A stretch of DNA of 64,000 bases from Podarcis muralis (Eukaryota): assembly GCF_964188315.1 (NCBI RefSeq), contig NC_135658.1:98580001-98644000 (forward strand), in the 5' to 3' direction. Positions 21,868 through 34,655 of this stretch are shown here, piece after piece (the stretch's first letter is position 1; each line of letters opens with the position of its first letter). Position numbers and translations under genes: made by a program. Below the pieces are notes generated by a model. It was not told the DNA's origin and did no database searches. It saw only the letters and a program-made list of their open reading frames with translations.

Positions 21868-22646
21868 TAAGGTTACCAGATTTTTTTCAAAGAATCCGGG
21901 GACACTTTTAAAAAAAAAAAAAGAGAGGGGGGGGGATTTTTAAAAAAAATTAATAAATAAATAAATAAGTAAATAATATCTTCTCTTCTGTGGTCTCTTC
22001 TGTCACACAGCCTTCCTCTGGGCCCCAGCCTGCTCTCTTGGAGCAGACTTGGGTCGGGCCTGGGCTCAGCCATGTGTCCTTGCCCTCCCGGTGCTCTCCT
22101 ACCTCTCCTCCTTGGCGGCAGTGGTGCAGCAAGGTCAGGGCTCCCCTCTTTTTTCTCCTTCCTCTTTCTCTGTCTTCCTTCTCCTTCTTCTCTCCTCCTT
22201 ACTGCGTCAGCTTCAGGGGTTTTACTGGCCCCGGAGTGCCACTGGGCAGTTGGCCGGGTGGCCAGGTGCTCTTGCTCCCGGCTCGATTTGGGTTACGGGA
22301 GGGGGGGTCAATGGTTCCCCCAGTTGACACGCCGAGCGCCCCTGGTTCCCCCTTGGCAGTGGCAGCAGCAGCAGCCTCATCAGCCCGGAGCCAGCCTGGT
22401 AACACAGTTGGCTCTGGCTGGCTTCAGGAGCTGCTCGCTGCCATGGCGCCCGCCATTTTGCCTCACCAGAAGTCCCTATATGATGTGTCTTGTGTCGTTG
22501 AACCAATCACACAACATTCATTCCCTACTAATAAATCTACAACACTTAAAATATAAATCCGGGGACATTCCAGGGACGGATTTTGTCAGGGACAGATTTG
22601 TAAATCCGGGACTGTCCCCGGGAAACGGGGATGTCTGGTAACTGTA
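21868..22646. mobile_element. Non-autonomous hAT element (779 bp) with GC-rich internal cargo
   Basis: TIRs TAAGGTTACCAGA / TCTGGTAACTGTA, TSD ATCTAAAG / ATCTAAAC, subterminal CCGGGGAC/GGGAC motifs. Confidence 0.88.
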
Positions 22647-22849
22647 ATCTAAACTGGGGACCAACAAGTTGTCACCTGGGAGGGTGTCACCAAGAATGCC
22701 CTGCCTTGTTCCATAGATGGCTTTCACCCCCATAGTAGCAGCAAATCCTGCGGAACAATTGTGTTCTAATAGGCTGCCTGCCACTTGCAATTTAGAAACA
22801 TTATATTGGGAAAGTTACAACTACACATTCAGTGGGGCCTAAGGTTGCT

Positions 22850-23050
22850 GCAGTGGAGGAAAAGGATATCGGTGGCTACTAGTCATGATGTCTATGTTCT
22901 AACCTTGACTGTTGAAGGCTGAAGACCTCTGAATGCCAGTTGCTGGTAATGACAAGTTATGCTCCGTCCAGCTGGTTGGCCAGTGTGAGAAGAGATTGCT
23001 GGACTACATGGACCTTTGGCCTGATCTTGCAGGGATGTTATTATGCTCTT
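22850..23050 (+). mobile_element. CR1 3' UTR fragment
   Basis: GGCTACTAG...CTGAATGCCAGTTGCTGG...GCTGGACTACATGGACC...GGCCTGATC, same family as 47397-47915. Confidence 0.75.
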
Positions 23051-23399
23051 AGTATGGCCCAACATGGCCACTGTGTAAAACTGGCTCCTATAAGAATGGG
23101 AGATAACCCAAGCTAGTTTGGGTGGCACAGTCCTTCATGGATCAATTCCAATAAATTCATATATGAGAAGTCCAGAAGGCATGAAGTAACCAACTGCTCC
23201 ATAGTAATCGCATTTGGAAGGTTCAGTGATTGAATTTGTATAGTCTGAAGAATATAAACACTGTCAACACAAATGCAGCATGATCCATGGAATAATATAA
23301 ATTAACACTTGGCTTTACATTTGGTTCAGACTCTAGACATGCCTACTCAGAAGTAAATCTCTTTTTTTGTTTAAAGTAGCAGGACTGCAGCCTTGGCTT

Positions 23400-24720
23400 T
23401 CGGGTGAGGAAAGGGCAAAGCTTAAACTTCGGCGATCCATTATATTTAAAGGTAAAGGGACCCCTGACCATTAAGTCCAGTTGTGGCCGACTCTGGGGTT
23501 GCGGCGCTCATCTCACTTTATTGGCCGAGGGAGCCGGCGTACAGCTTCCGGGTCATGTGGCCAGCATGACTAAGCCGCTTCTGGCGAACTAGAGCAGCAC
23601 ACAGAAACGCCATTTACCTTCCCGCCGGAGCAGTACCTATTTATCTACTTGCACTTTGACGTGCTTTCGAACTGCTAGGTTGGCAGGAGCAGGGACCGAG
23701 GAACGGGAGCTCACCCCGTCGAGGGGATTCGAACCGCGACCTTCTGATCGACAAGTCCTAGGCACTGTGGTTTAACCCACAGCGCCACCCGCGTACTCCA
23801 TTATATTTAAAGGTAGTTTATAAGATAATGGTATCAAATCAAGTCATTTTAACATTGGACAAACTGATAGATGGGAAAGATGAATTTTATACTTTTGCTA
23901 TTTTAAGACAAAAATATCATCTATCAGATGCAGCCCAATGGCAATATCTTCAATTACAACATTTCCTAACAAGTGTGTTTGGGCCGTCAGCCCTTTCAGC
24001 TTCCGAGATACCTGAGATATTGGGGCAATTGGACAACTCATTCAAAAATAAAAAGGGAGCAATTACTTTTTATAGATATCTATTAACAGTACACAAGTTC
24101 AATATGCAGACTGTAAGAGATGATTGGAATAAAGAATTGGAACTTTCATTATTACCCAGACAGTGGGAAAATGTATTAGCTTCAATACTTAAGGTGTCAT
24201 TAGATTTAAAATAAAGACTAATACAAGAGAAAATAATATTTAGAGTTTATTGGACCCATTTACGATTGTATAAAAAATTCTTAGCTCAGTGTTGGAGATG
24301 TGGCAAGGATAACGCCTTTCTAAAACACATGTTTGAACAGTGTTCTTTACTTAACAAGTTTTGAGAGATAGTGCTGGACTGTGTAACTATGACTGTGCAG
24401 AAAAAGTAAAATCTTTCAGCGGATAGTATTTTATTGAACTATATACCTGCAGTGTGGAAATTATCAACGGGACAACGGAAATGGATTTTCCATGCCCTAA
24501 TGGTGGCTAAGAGATTGATATTGAGGAATTGGAAAAATAAAGATATGATACCCTTCAAATCAATGGACTGATGATATGACATCACTACCGATTTATGAAC
24601 AGACTGCGTACAGGCGCAGACTCTGTATGGATAAATATGATAACATTTGCGATGAGTTTATACAAAATGTAGTAGACTATTAATATTTACATAAGCACTA
24701 GGACAATAACACTATACCAA
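23400..24720 (+). mobile_element. L1-clade LINE, 5'-truncated ORF2 C-terminal part, interrupted by SINE
   Basis: ORF 23828-24214 (WQYLQLQHFL...WNKELE...WENVL) continues in frame past a stop to CWRCGKDNAFLKHMFEQC (C-x2-C-x8-H-x4-C, 24290-24343) and AKRLILRNWK. Confidence 0.9.
23455..23796 (-). mobile_element. Sauria-type SINE, full length (subfamily with GACC-TAAT-GGTC 3' hairpin)
   Basis: Reverse match to 59783-60135. 19-bp TSD TCCATTATATTTAAAGGTA (23436-23454 / 23797-23815). Confidence 0.96.
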
Positions 24721-24982
24721 TTTATACAAGAATGTATAGGAATATCATTGATTGCCTTTTTTGCATATTTTCTCTTTATTATTGTTTTCCTCCCTCCCAA
24801 TTTTCATTCTTTTTTTCCGTATCACTTTATTTCTTTTGACTGAAATCACCTTGACAGTGAGTTTTGAATGTGAAACTGCACATGCTCAACAGCATTTTAA
24901 TTTTTGTTTATCAAGGTTAGCGCAATGCTTTTTGTGCTTTGCAGAAAGATGTAAAATTCTAAAGGTTCAGGGTAGTTTTTGT

Positions 24983-25047
24983 AGTCCACAAAAGTTTATG
25001 CCACGATAACTTGTTTTAATCTTTAAGACACCGCAAGATTTATTGTG
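24983..25047 (+). mobile_element. Penelope-like terminal-repeat relic (3' half of hammerhead motif)
   Basis: AGTCCAC-AAAAGTTTATGC...TCTTTAAGACACCGCAAGA, homologous in its distal part to 7640-7680. Confidence 0.5.
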
Positions 25048-26020
25048 TGGTATCTCACTTCATGGGTTAATTTTTGGGAGAATTTTGGGAATTGTATTCC
25101 CAAACGCCCTAATCCAGGAGTGGAAGTGTGAGCAGATTTCTCCATGTGGCAGTGGCCCCCTAAATCATCAGTGATTCATTGGCTGCTAAGAGAATAATCA
25201 GAAAGATGTGGGAGGGGGGTCTTATGGTTTTAAAGGAGAGACCATATGGACGAAAAATGTATACTGGTGCTGCCAGTAACTGAAGGAAGAGGCAACTAAA
25301 GGAACAGATGGGAAGATAGAGAGGCAATAATAACAAACAATAAAACAGAGAACAGGCATGCTGGAGGGAACATGAGAAGAGAGAAACAGAGAAAACAAAC
25401 TCCAGTAAATATGGAAATAACAGAAAATAATGAGACACGTCTGGGTATTTCTAAGATATGCAAGGAGTTATGATAAAGATAAAATCACTAGTGAGAGGAA
25501 GTTGGACTGGACCTCAAACTAGCAAGAGTTTAATCTCTCTGCACGGTCTGTGGTTGTACATGAGATAAGATTCCATTCAATCCCATAATAGTTACACTTG
25601 TATTGGGGCTGATCATTGAAGGATAATATGCCCTAAATGGGAGATTACCAGGAACCACACGTAACCTTCTCTGAGCTCTTAGGTGGAAGAGCAGAGAGAG
25701 GAAAAAAATAAGGAAATATGTATAGATGGGTATTTATTTGTTAGCATACATGCAAATCATGTTACTACCAAAACAAAGTGTTGAGAGGAGTAGTCCTAAC
25801 CATTCAAATCAATGATATTTGCTTCCAAATTCCAATAAAATGTGGTTAGGATCGAGCTGTGATCCCCTGAGTGCTGGAAGCAGCAAAGCCAATCAATTGG
25901 ATCTCATTGAATATTTATTTTAGCTCTTGCCTTTACATAGTAATAATCAACATAAGAAGTTTTCATAAATGCTTTACTGTGACTTTGATGATGGCCGTAA
26001 ATCATGATAATGGATTCTTA

Positions 26021-26194
26021 GAATCATAGAATCATAGAATAGAATCATAGAATCATAGAGTTGGAAGAGACCACAAGGGCCATCGAGTCCAACCCCCTGC
26101 CAAGCAGGAAACACCATCAGAGCACTCCTGACATATGGCTGTCAAGCCTCTGCTTAAAGACCTCCAAAGAAGGAGACTCCACCACACTCCTTGG
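26021..26194 (-). mobile_element. CR1 3' end, 5'-truncated, young
   Basis: (ATAGAATC)n octamer tail, GGAAGAGACCACAAGGGCCATCGAGTCCAACC stem region, TSD TGGATTCTTA (26011-26020 / 26192-26201). Confidence 0.92.
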
Positions 26195-27498
26195 ATTCTT
26201 ACATAGTAACATTCGTTGGGAAGGAGCAGAGGAGTAGTAGTACTACTACCACTACGACTTGATTTTTCTTATGTTATTGTGTAAAGCTTCATGTACACAG
26301 ACATGCACGGCTTGCGATTCATCCAGTCAATTCAGGCTTGTGGATTGACCTTAGATCTCCTGCTTTTTACAGTCTGGGGACAGGGGCTCAAACAAGCAGG
26401 GAAGGTTGGCCAGTATTCAAGCAAGCTACAAAACATGGTTGGTGAACTACATTTGACTTCGTTGGTCGCAAGTTGTAGAGTCCAAAGTTGGATCTAGAAA
26501 AATATAAATAACAATATTGATGATGTCACATAGCGTGTGGGAGATAGGGGAGGTTAAATATAGATGACTCTACTCTTGACCTCTCCATCTATCCTAACAT
26601 ATGTAATGTTCATTTAATTCTCATTCCCTTGGATTATATCTGGGGGATTTTAAAATCTTGGCTTGCTTCCAAAGACTCCTGGCTACCAGCATGTCATCTA
26701 CTGCATTTCTGAGGCAGATGATTACCAGCAGGCAGTGGAGTGAAATTTCAATGTTATCTAATGGACAATGCAATGTCATTAGAAGTGCTGACTGTTTTCC
26801 AGTATTTGCAATGCTTCAGTCACAGTTAATACAGAGAGAGCTAACAGCAACTGCAAAATGTTACAAAGATTATCTGTTGGAGACATCAGCTTCTTTCACA
26901 AATTGGGCCTGAAACATGTTAAATCACAATTTTTAGAGCTGAAATGGCAAAATTACCCCACTCTGGTGATTACTGAAAATATAACAGAAAGCAAAATGAC
27001 ATATCGTATTAGAGAGAAGGAGGAGATGTAATACTCATGAGTTTTACACTTGTTTAATGTTTTATTCTTGATATGTTTATGTGATCTACGCTGCAATTGC
27101 TTGATGAAGAAAGGGCTAAAAATTATATTCCTATAATATAATATATATTGGATTGTATCATGAGTATGTCATACTGAGAGTACAGCTACTGCAATAGATG
27201 GACTTAAATTAGGAATTACTAAAGTTCATTGATTTCAATTTTAGGCTGCAATCCTAACCCTACTTTTATGGGATTAAGCCCCACTGAATTCAATAGGACT
27301 GGCTGTTTTGTAGATACAGTATTAGGATTGTGCTGTTAAGTCAGATAAACTCTATATTCTCTGCCTGTATCTCCCTGTCTGTGTATGTATCTGTCTATCA
27401 ATAGACAGATAATACATTTAACAGCATTCTTAGGAATGTGTGGGTGTGTGCATCTCAAATCCTAAGAGTACAGTTAAACTCATTAAAGAAGAAATGAA

Positions 27499-27781
27499 NN
27501 NNNNNNNNNNNNNNNNNNNNNNNNNNNNNNNNNNNNNNNNNNNNNNNNNNNNNNNNNNNNNNNNNNNNNNNNNNNNNNNNNNNNNNNNNNNNNNNNNNNN
27601 NNNNNNNNNNNNNNNNNNNNNNNNNNNNNNNNNNNNNNNNNNNNNNNNNNNNNNNNNNNNNNNNNNNNNNNNNNNNNNNNNNNNNNNNNNNNNNNNNNNN
27701 NNNNNNNNNNNNNNNNNNNNNNNNNNNNNNNNNNNNNNNNNNNNNNNNNNNNNNNNNNNNNNNNNNNNNNNNNNNNNNNNN
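27499..27781. other. Assembly gap (N-run)
   Basis: 283 N. Confidence 1.
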
Positions 27782-27857
27782 GCATATTAGAAAAAATGTT
27801 ATTCTCCTTAGCTGTCACACAAAGGATCTGAAGAAATGTAGAAATGTTTTCCCCCCC

Positions 27858-28157
27858 NNNNNNNNNNNNNNNNNNNNNNNNNNNNNNNNNNNNNNNNNNN
27901 NNNNNNNNNNNNNNNNNNNNNNNNNNNNNNNNNNNNNNNNNNNNNNNNNNNNNNNNNNNNNNNNNNNNNNNNNNNNNNNNNNNNNNNNNNNNNNNNNNNN
28001 NNNNNNNNNNNNNNNNNNNNNNNNNNNNNNNNNNNNNNNNNNNNNNNNNNNNNNNNNNNNNNNNNNNNNNNNNNNNNNNNNNNNNNNNNNNNNNNNNNNN
28101 NNNNNNNNNNNNNNNNNNNNNNNNNNNNNNNNNNNNNNNNNNNNNNNNNNNNNNNNN
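27858..28157. other. Assembly gap (N-run)
   Basis: 300 N. Confidence 1.
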
Positions 28158-28517
28158 TTCCCTGACTTGACAAGGAATAAAAATCCTTCATGTTATTGAT
28201 ATATACAAATGCTCTTGTTTTATGCTCTTAAGTTAGCCCCTCTACGGTATACACTGTCTAAGTGACTCTTTGCAAATTCCACACGAGAAATGATAACGTA
28301 ACATATTACCACATATTCAGAATTTGGTGTTCAGCCAAAACATTGAAATAGTGGTGTGTGTCCCCCCCCCCCATTCCTTATTTTTAATTATATATTTTTT
28401 AAAAAACTTTTTTCTCTCTCTCATTGGTTCTACTAAAATATCAAAAAGGATGTGATTAAAACCTTATATAACTTAAATGATTTTCATCCTTCTATTTTCC
28501 TCCAGTAATTACATTTA

Positions 28518-28759
28518 CAGTGGTACCTCGGGTTAAATACTTAATTTGTTCCGGAGGTCCGTTCTTAACCTGAAACTGTTCTTAACCTGAAGCACCACTT
28601 TAGCTAATGGGACCTCCTGCTGCTGCTGCGCCGCCGGAGCACGATTTCTGTTCTCATCCTGAAGCAAAGTTCTTAACCCGAGGTACTATTTCTGGGTTAG
28701 TGGAGTCTGTAACCTGAAGCGTCTGTAACCTGAAGTGTCTGTAACCCGAGGTACCACTG
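28518..28759 (+). mobile_element. Tigger-like MITE, family A
   Basis: TIRs CAGTGGTACCTCGGGTTA / TAACCCGAGGTACCACTG, TA TSD. Confidence 0.94.
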
Positions 28760-28958
28760 TATTACCTATGAATTAAGTGCTCAACACAACTGCATAAATC
28801 CCTTTGTCTTAGGCGGAGACTGATAGCAATTAGATGACTATCACAATTAACAAGAGATTTATGGCAAAATTAATTGGCTTATTGCTTTTATTCTTTTTGT
28901 GCCATTCTTCAGATTTCTATAAACCATTTTGCTTGCCCACTTAATTCTTGCCATGACG

Positions 28959-29161
28959 CAGGGCTTGCCCACCCGTGAGGCAAGGTCAGGCAATCACCTC
29001 AGGCGGCAGAATCTATTGGGCAACAGATCCCAATGTCAGTCTGTCTTCCACCTTTGTTCCTGAGGTAGATCTTCCCTCACGTTCCCAGGAGGGGAGGGGA
29101 GGGGAGGGGAGAATCATTTTGGAGTCCATCTCAGGTACCAAAATGTGCTGGGGCAGCCCTG
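28959..29161. mobile_element. Non-autonomous hAT-like element
   Basis: Ends CAGGGCTTGCCC / GGGCAGCCCTG, flanks CCATGACG / CCATGGAG (6/8). Confidence 0.7.
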
Positions 29162-29657
29162 CCATGGAGCAGAATCCTACTGCAGTAGATTGTGCTTGCA
29201 CAAAATGTGTTTGCAGTTTAAACAGTCACTTATACTAAACAGACTATTGGTAGCCATCAATGGCAGTCAGTAATCATGATTTATATCAGCTTCATGTTGT
29301 GAAGGATACTACCAGTTTTTTATAGCTGGCAACCAGGCTATCACAAAATTAGTTGAGAATAGTTGAAAACGTTGCAACTTAAATTAGTCATAACTCCTAT
29401 TCCATTGTTCTCAATGGGACTAAGTTGCAACTAAAGATTGCTCATCATGTCCACAATTTTAACCTCTACTCCATTGCAACATGATGCGCCCAACCCAGAT
29501 AAACTGATCAACAGTCACAGGTACCACAAGCTTCTTTGGTAGTAAAAGAACAAAAGGAAAAGAAAATATTAACAATGTTGTTAAAAGGAAACAAAATAAA
29601 GAGGTGGGAAAGAGTAATTGGAAAACTGTGGGGAAATGGTATTTGATGTGGACTCTA

Positions 29658-29978
29658 CAGTGGTGCTCCACAAGAGGAATGCCTCGCAAGACGAAAAACT
29701 CGCTAGACGAAAGGGTTTTCCGTTTTTTTAATCTTTCCGCAAGACAAATTTCCCTATGGGCTTGCTTCGCAAGACAAAACGTCTTGCGAGTTTGTTTCCT
29801 TTTTCTTAAAGCCCCTAAGCCGTTAATAGCCGCTAAGCCGCTAATAGCCGCTAAGCCGCTAAGCCGTTAATAGCCGCTAAGCCGCTAAGCCGCTAATAGC
29901 CGTGCTTCGCAAGACGAAAAAACCGCAAGACGAAGAGACTCGCGGAACGGATTAATTCCGTCTTGCGAGGCACCACTG
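29658..29978 (+). mobile_element. Tigger-like MITE, family C, with internal (GCCGCTAA[TA])n array
   Basis: TA-CAGTGGTG...GAGGCACCACTG-TA, repeated CGCAAGACG motifs, tandem array 29811-29902. Confidence 0.92.
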
Positions 29979-30741
29979 TACTTCTGAGATTTCACCAGCC
30001 ATTGCTCACATATTTGCACTCATATATTTGCTACTGTAAGAACAACAAACATTTTTGGAATAAAAGATGCAATATTTAGAAAGCTGGATTCTGGTGAATT
30101 GTAGAATGTTATCATAGCATAAGCCTCTATGCATATATTGGACTTAAGAATTTCATGTCAGTAGCCTTGATTGCGATATAGATGTGTGTAAAAGGCATTA
30201 TACCATACTTGTGCCATCTGGGAGGAATGATTAACCAACTTTACTTGATCCATCTACTAACTAAATCTGTTAAATGGTGATGCTGTGAGTTAGAAGCACA
30301 CTTGTTCGCTGTCGGGGCTATTTTGATGTAACGACATGAAGAGAAAAATGTTAAAGATGATCTTCCCTTCCAACAATGAATGGTAAGGGTTTCTTTATTA
30401 TTAAATCATAAGGCATCTCAAGTTTCCTTCAGCGTTAAAAGGCAACTCTTTTGTGTATGATAATATGCAAATAGTAGTAGAGTAGAGTGGCCAGGACACT
30501 AAACCACAAATCAGAAAGCTTTCTGTTCAAGCTTTGCTTCTACATGAACTCACAAGATGGTTTTTGGGAAGCTATTCTTTCTCAGCCCTCAGTCCTGCAA
30601 TATGCTAATGATGCTGGCCTACCTGTTCCTTGCTACAATAGTATGTTGCAGTAACTGTTGTTACTGCTGGTGCAATCAATATATAGATATATAGATATAT
30701 GTATATGTATGTATATATTGCACCAGCAGTGACATATATAT

Positions 30742-31267
30742 ATTCCTGCATGCCAAGATCCAAGTTTGGAGCAAGTATACTTTGGTGAGAGAACCCCAGC
30801 AGAGATGTAAAGTCACAAAACATGCAGCAAAAGAAAGTGTGGAAATACAGACTGTTAGACCTTTAAAATATGCCCTTCCAAATTAGTTCCAAAATTTACC
30901 TCTTCTTCAAGGGCAGGAAAAGACCACACATTTGGTAAGTAAAAAAAAATGGTTTACTCACAAACTCTTCAAAGGTCAGGTTCATGTGCTTCAGAAAAGT
31001 TGCACAGGCAGTAAAACCTATTTACAAAGTAGTGAAAGCTCCAAAATTATTGGTATAGAAACACAAGAGTGGCTAATGGGAACCATGCAGATGAGCTTCA
31101 CACAGATAGACTGGAGGGGAACAATAGGCTTGCTTATCTATTTCCTCCCAAGATTAAGGGAACATGCCTAGGCTAAGCCTGGCAGGACAGCTTACTCTAT
31201 GATATTAACCCCTTCATGCATTAATTAAACTTAAGCATGTTGGTTATATGAGGCTGGTTGTCCTACA
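30742..31267. repeat. Unclassified ~550-bp dispersed repeat, copy 2
   Basis: Collinear with and in the same orientation as 11658-12216. Confidence 0.8.
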
Positions 31268-31877
31268 GTTACTTGGCTGGCATGGAATTTATTTTTTAAA
31301 ACACTTATATACCACTCCCCACCTCCTCCCCAACCCCAAAACCCAATGGGAGTTCACAATGCTAAGCACACCATAAAAACAAAGTAGCAGTGCATATTTT
31401 GTGTTTAAGGAATACATCATCTGTCAATCCTGACACTAGAGCTTTCTTCAGTGAAAGTGGAGAGCGAACTACTCAAGAGTTCCCTACTAGTTTTGCAACT
31501 AGCCTGATATTGAGTAGTGCCTCCCCTTTTCTCGTAGAGAAGCTGCTCCATTTATAGATTCTGGGCAGTTAGGGGCTTAGCTTTAGCAGCGGCAGCAGAT
31601 CTTATGCTGAATGATACCTCCTTCTTTGTCCTCTTGCTTTCCAAAAGTATGATATCTTAATTATGATTTTAGAAGCCTATCTGGACCAGTTGGAGAGGAA
31701 AATGTGTGGTGGGGGGGTAGTTAGTCTTCATGCTCACCCTATCCACATGTTCATGGTGACACACTAACCATACAATGCCTAAGCCATCCCCCACAGTTAC
31801 AAGTATTTCAAGGTCAATTTATCAATTTAACAGCTTCATCTTCTTAATCACTAAACTTCTGTCTCTTTGAGCCTGTG

Positions 31878-32281
31878 NNNNNNNNNNNNNNNNNNNNNNN
31901 NNNNNNNNNNNNNNNNNNNNNNNNNNNNNNNNNNNNNNNNNNNNNNNNNNNNNNNNNNNNNNNNNNNNNNNNNNNNNNNNNNNNNNNNNNNNNNNNNNNN
32001 NNNNNNNNNNNNNNNNNNNNNNNNNNNNNNNNNNNNNNNNNNNNNNNNNNNNNNNNNNNNNNNNNNNNNNNNNNNNNNNNNNNNNNNNNNNNNNNNNNNN
32101 NNNNNNNNNNNNNNNNNNNNNNNNNNNNNNNNNNNNNNNNNNNNNNNNNNNNNNNNNNNNNNNNNNNNNNNNNNNNNNNNNNNNNNNNNNNNNNNNNNNN
32201 NNNNNNNNNNNNNNNNNNNNNNNNNNNNNNNNNNNNNNNNNNNNNNNNNNNNNNNNNNNNNNNNNNNNNNNNNNNNNNNNN
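31878..32281. other. Assembly gap (N-run)
   Basis: 404 N. Confidence 1.
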
Positions 32282-33019
32282 TAACTCTTAACAAAAAAAG
32301 AAAAAGAAAAAGAAGAACATTTGTTTAGTTATCTTCTATCCATTTTGCTTTGAGTACAACTTTGAACTGAATGAAGACCGCAAACAAGGAAAGATGAACT
32401 TTCAATCTATTGGTGTTTAATGATGGAATGCATGAAGGTCTGGATTGTAAATGTGCAATTTTCCTGCATAAGATGTCATATGACATCAGAGGTGTCAAAC
32501 TGATTTCTTGGAAGCCTTGAGAGGTTCCTTGGAAGCTTAACAAGGGTTCCTCAATGAGATCAGTAATGGAAAAGAGCTTTCTGTGTAAGACATCTTGACT
32601 ACCACTATCAATCTTCCATTGATCTGCTGGAGATGTGTACAGGGATGTAGTTTCACTTCGTGCAGGGCATCAGTGAAAAATCCAGTGCTGTGGGTGAATT
32701 GCTTTTTCATCTTAAAATTTCCTGCAACACACAGTTCCTTAGCAGTAGAGATGGAGAAGAAATCCACGTGGTCTACATGTTAAAGAGCATCTATCAATTG
32801 AATTACATACTTCTCCGAATTTTGCAACGCAGATTTGACTCAAAACATTTTATTTTACTTATTAAAAAATTACATATAGTGCTTGGTTGTAAAAGCAGCA
32901 GCCCTCAAAGTAGGTCACAAAAACCCGAAGACAGTACAGGAAAAATAACAGTTTGGTAGTGGTTTTAAGTCAGAAAAAGGGTATAGGAGAATTTATAGAC
33001 TTCACACCTCTCAATGCCT

Positions 33020-34300
33020 ATTTCATTTTCATTTCACTTTTAATTTGTATACCGCCTTTCTCTGTTGCTATACACAAGGCAGTTTACAAGCTGAAGAAGC
33101 AACAAAATAGACGGCAAAGATCACACACCTAATAACAATCTGATCCAATACAAAAAAGTCCTAATAGAAACATAACTTTAAAATAAACAACTTATATCAA
33201 ATAAAGCACTATTCAATGATCCATTAGAATGTAACAGTAAACAGTAAAATTAAATATCAGCAAATAATAATTTAACAATAAATAATAATTAAACAATAAA
33301 TAAATAATTAAACAGTTTACACTAAAGTTTACAATAAAGAAGTACTAAGCTATCATCAATAAAAATAACGGCAAGTCACAATGCAGAAATACCACAAAAC
33401 ACACAAAACCATTTAAAAGGATCAAATTGGGAAACAAGGACACTATATATATCGCTGAGCTCCTCTTCTCTCTTCGCAGCTGTTTCTGCAGTTATCAAAG
33501 TCATGGTCTGGGAAAGGCTCCTAGGGCTGAAATGTGGGGCAAGGCAGGTGAGAAAAGCCATGGCCTGATGGCCAGCACAAAGTTTCTCCCCCATCACAGT
33601 TCTTCCTCTGGAAACAGCTCTCTTATGAAGACTATTCGAAAACAACCCAGAGGCACAGGACCTCCCAACATTACATCTGTTGCACTGAGGGTCAAGGGGT
33701 GGTACTTTTATAGTTTCGTTCATTTGCTTTTCAATCACCTGAGCCACTGCTACACATTTCAAGCCCACTGTACTTGGAGCAACTGCAGGCTTTTCAGTAA
33801 GTGTGAAAAGTGGGGGCATGACTGACATGCGTCCTTGTAAGTGTTCATTGAAGCCGAGCTCACAGATATCTCCCGTGGTGGTAAAATTCGTTTTGCTTGC
33901 ATGTTACATTGAATGCATGGCAGACTGGTGCACCTTGCCAGTTCTTCCTGGAACATGCAAACCAGTTCTTGGACAATCAGAGACATCAGAGGTTGTTTCA
34001 TTGGAAGGGTCCCCCCAACCCCACGCAACAATATTTGTCGACATGGCAGAGAGCCCCATGGAGGTTTCGACACAGAACTTCACTCACTGCCTTGGTTACT
34101 GTCTCTCAGCGAGCAAAAAAGATACCTCAGTTGAGAAACTCGTTCCTCCTTTCATGGATATTATTTGATGCAGTCAGCTGCTCAGAGGTGACAACAGAAT
34201 TGATGGGAGAGGCCCTGATTAACCAGGGGCACATTTCCCCCTTTAAAGTAAGAGTGGCATTATCCACTTGATCATCAAAGATATATAGGGAGTTGTTATC
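33020..34300 (-). mobile_element. Highly degenerate LINE, probably L2
   Basis: Minus-strand tail GAAAGGCGGTATACAAAT-(TGAAA)n at 33020-33060. Upstream remnants such as PHFSHLLKSLQLLQVQW (cf. L2 HITPLLKSLHWLPV) appear in the expected order. Confidence 0.45.
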
Positions 34301-34655
34301 TCAGGATCACATAAACAAGCTCTAAGCCAAAGTCCTTTCCCAATGCCACTCTAGGAACTTGAGGAGAATAAGTTGGTCCCACTTGCAAATATTTTTACTC
34401 TGAAATCTCTAGATGTAGCTCATTTGACAAACCTATTATAAAATGAATAAATGTAGCTCTGTGTGATTTGTCCATTGTCAACATGTTAACACACTTTATT
34501 TGAAGGTAGATTGATGAAGGGTGCTTGAAGGAGTTTACCCTCCTGATTTAAAGAATAGAAAATCATTTTTTTTCCAGCACATTTTTTCTTTTTTCTTTTT
34601 CCCCCTTTAGAAGTTCACAAGAGTAGATATACAATTATACCCGACTTGCTGATGC

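Noticed and set aside
29811-29902. Short tandem arrays as CRISPR-like repeats (also 55030-55110 and 60960-61240)
   Set aside because: No unique spacers and no cas genes. They lie inside TIR-bounded elements in a vertebrate genome.
33376-34271. Cluster of 100-150-aa ORFs, considered as a retrogene, Tx1 LINE or endogenous viral element
   Set aside because: No convincing motif on plus. Minus-strand remnants and the adjacent LINE tail fit a decayed L2 better, though only with moderate confidence.
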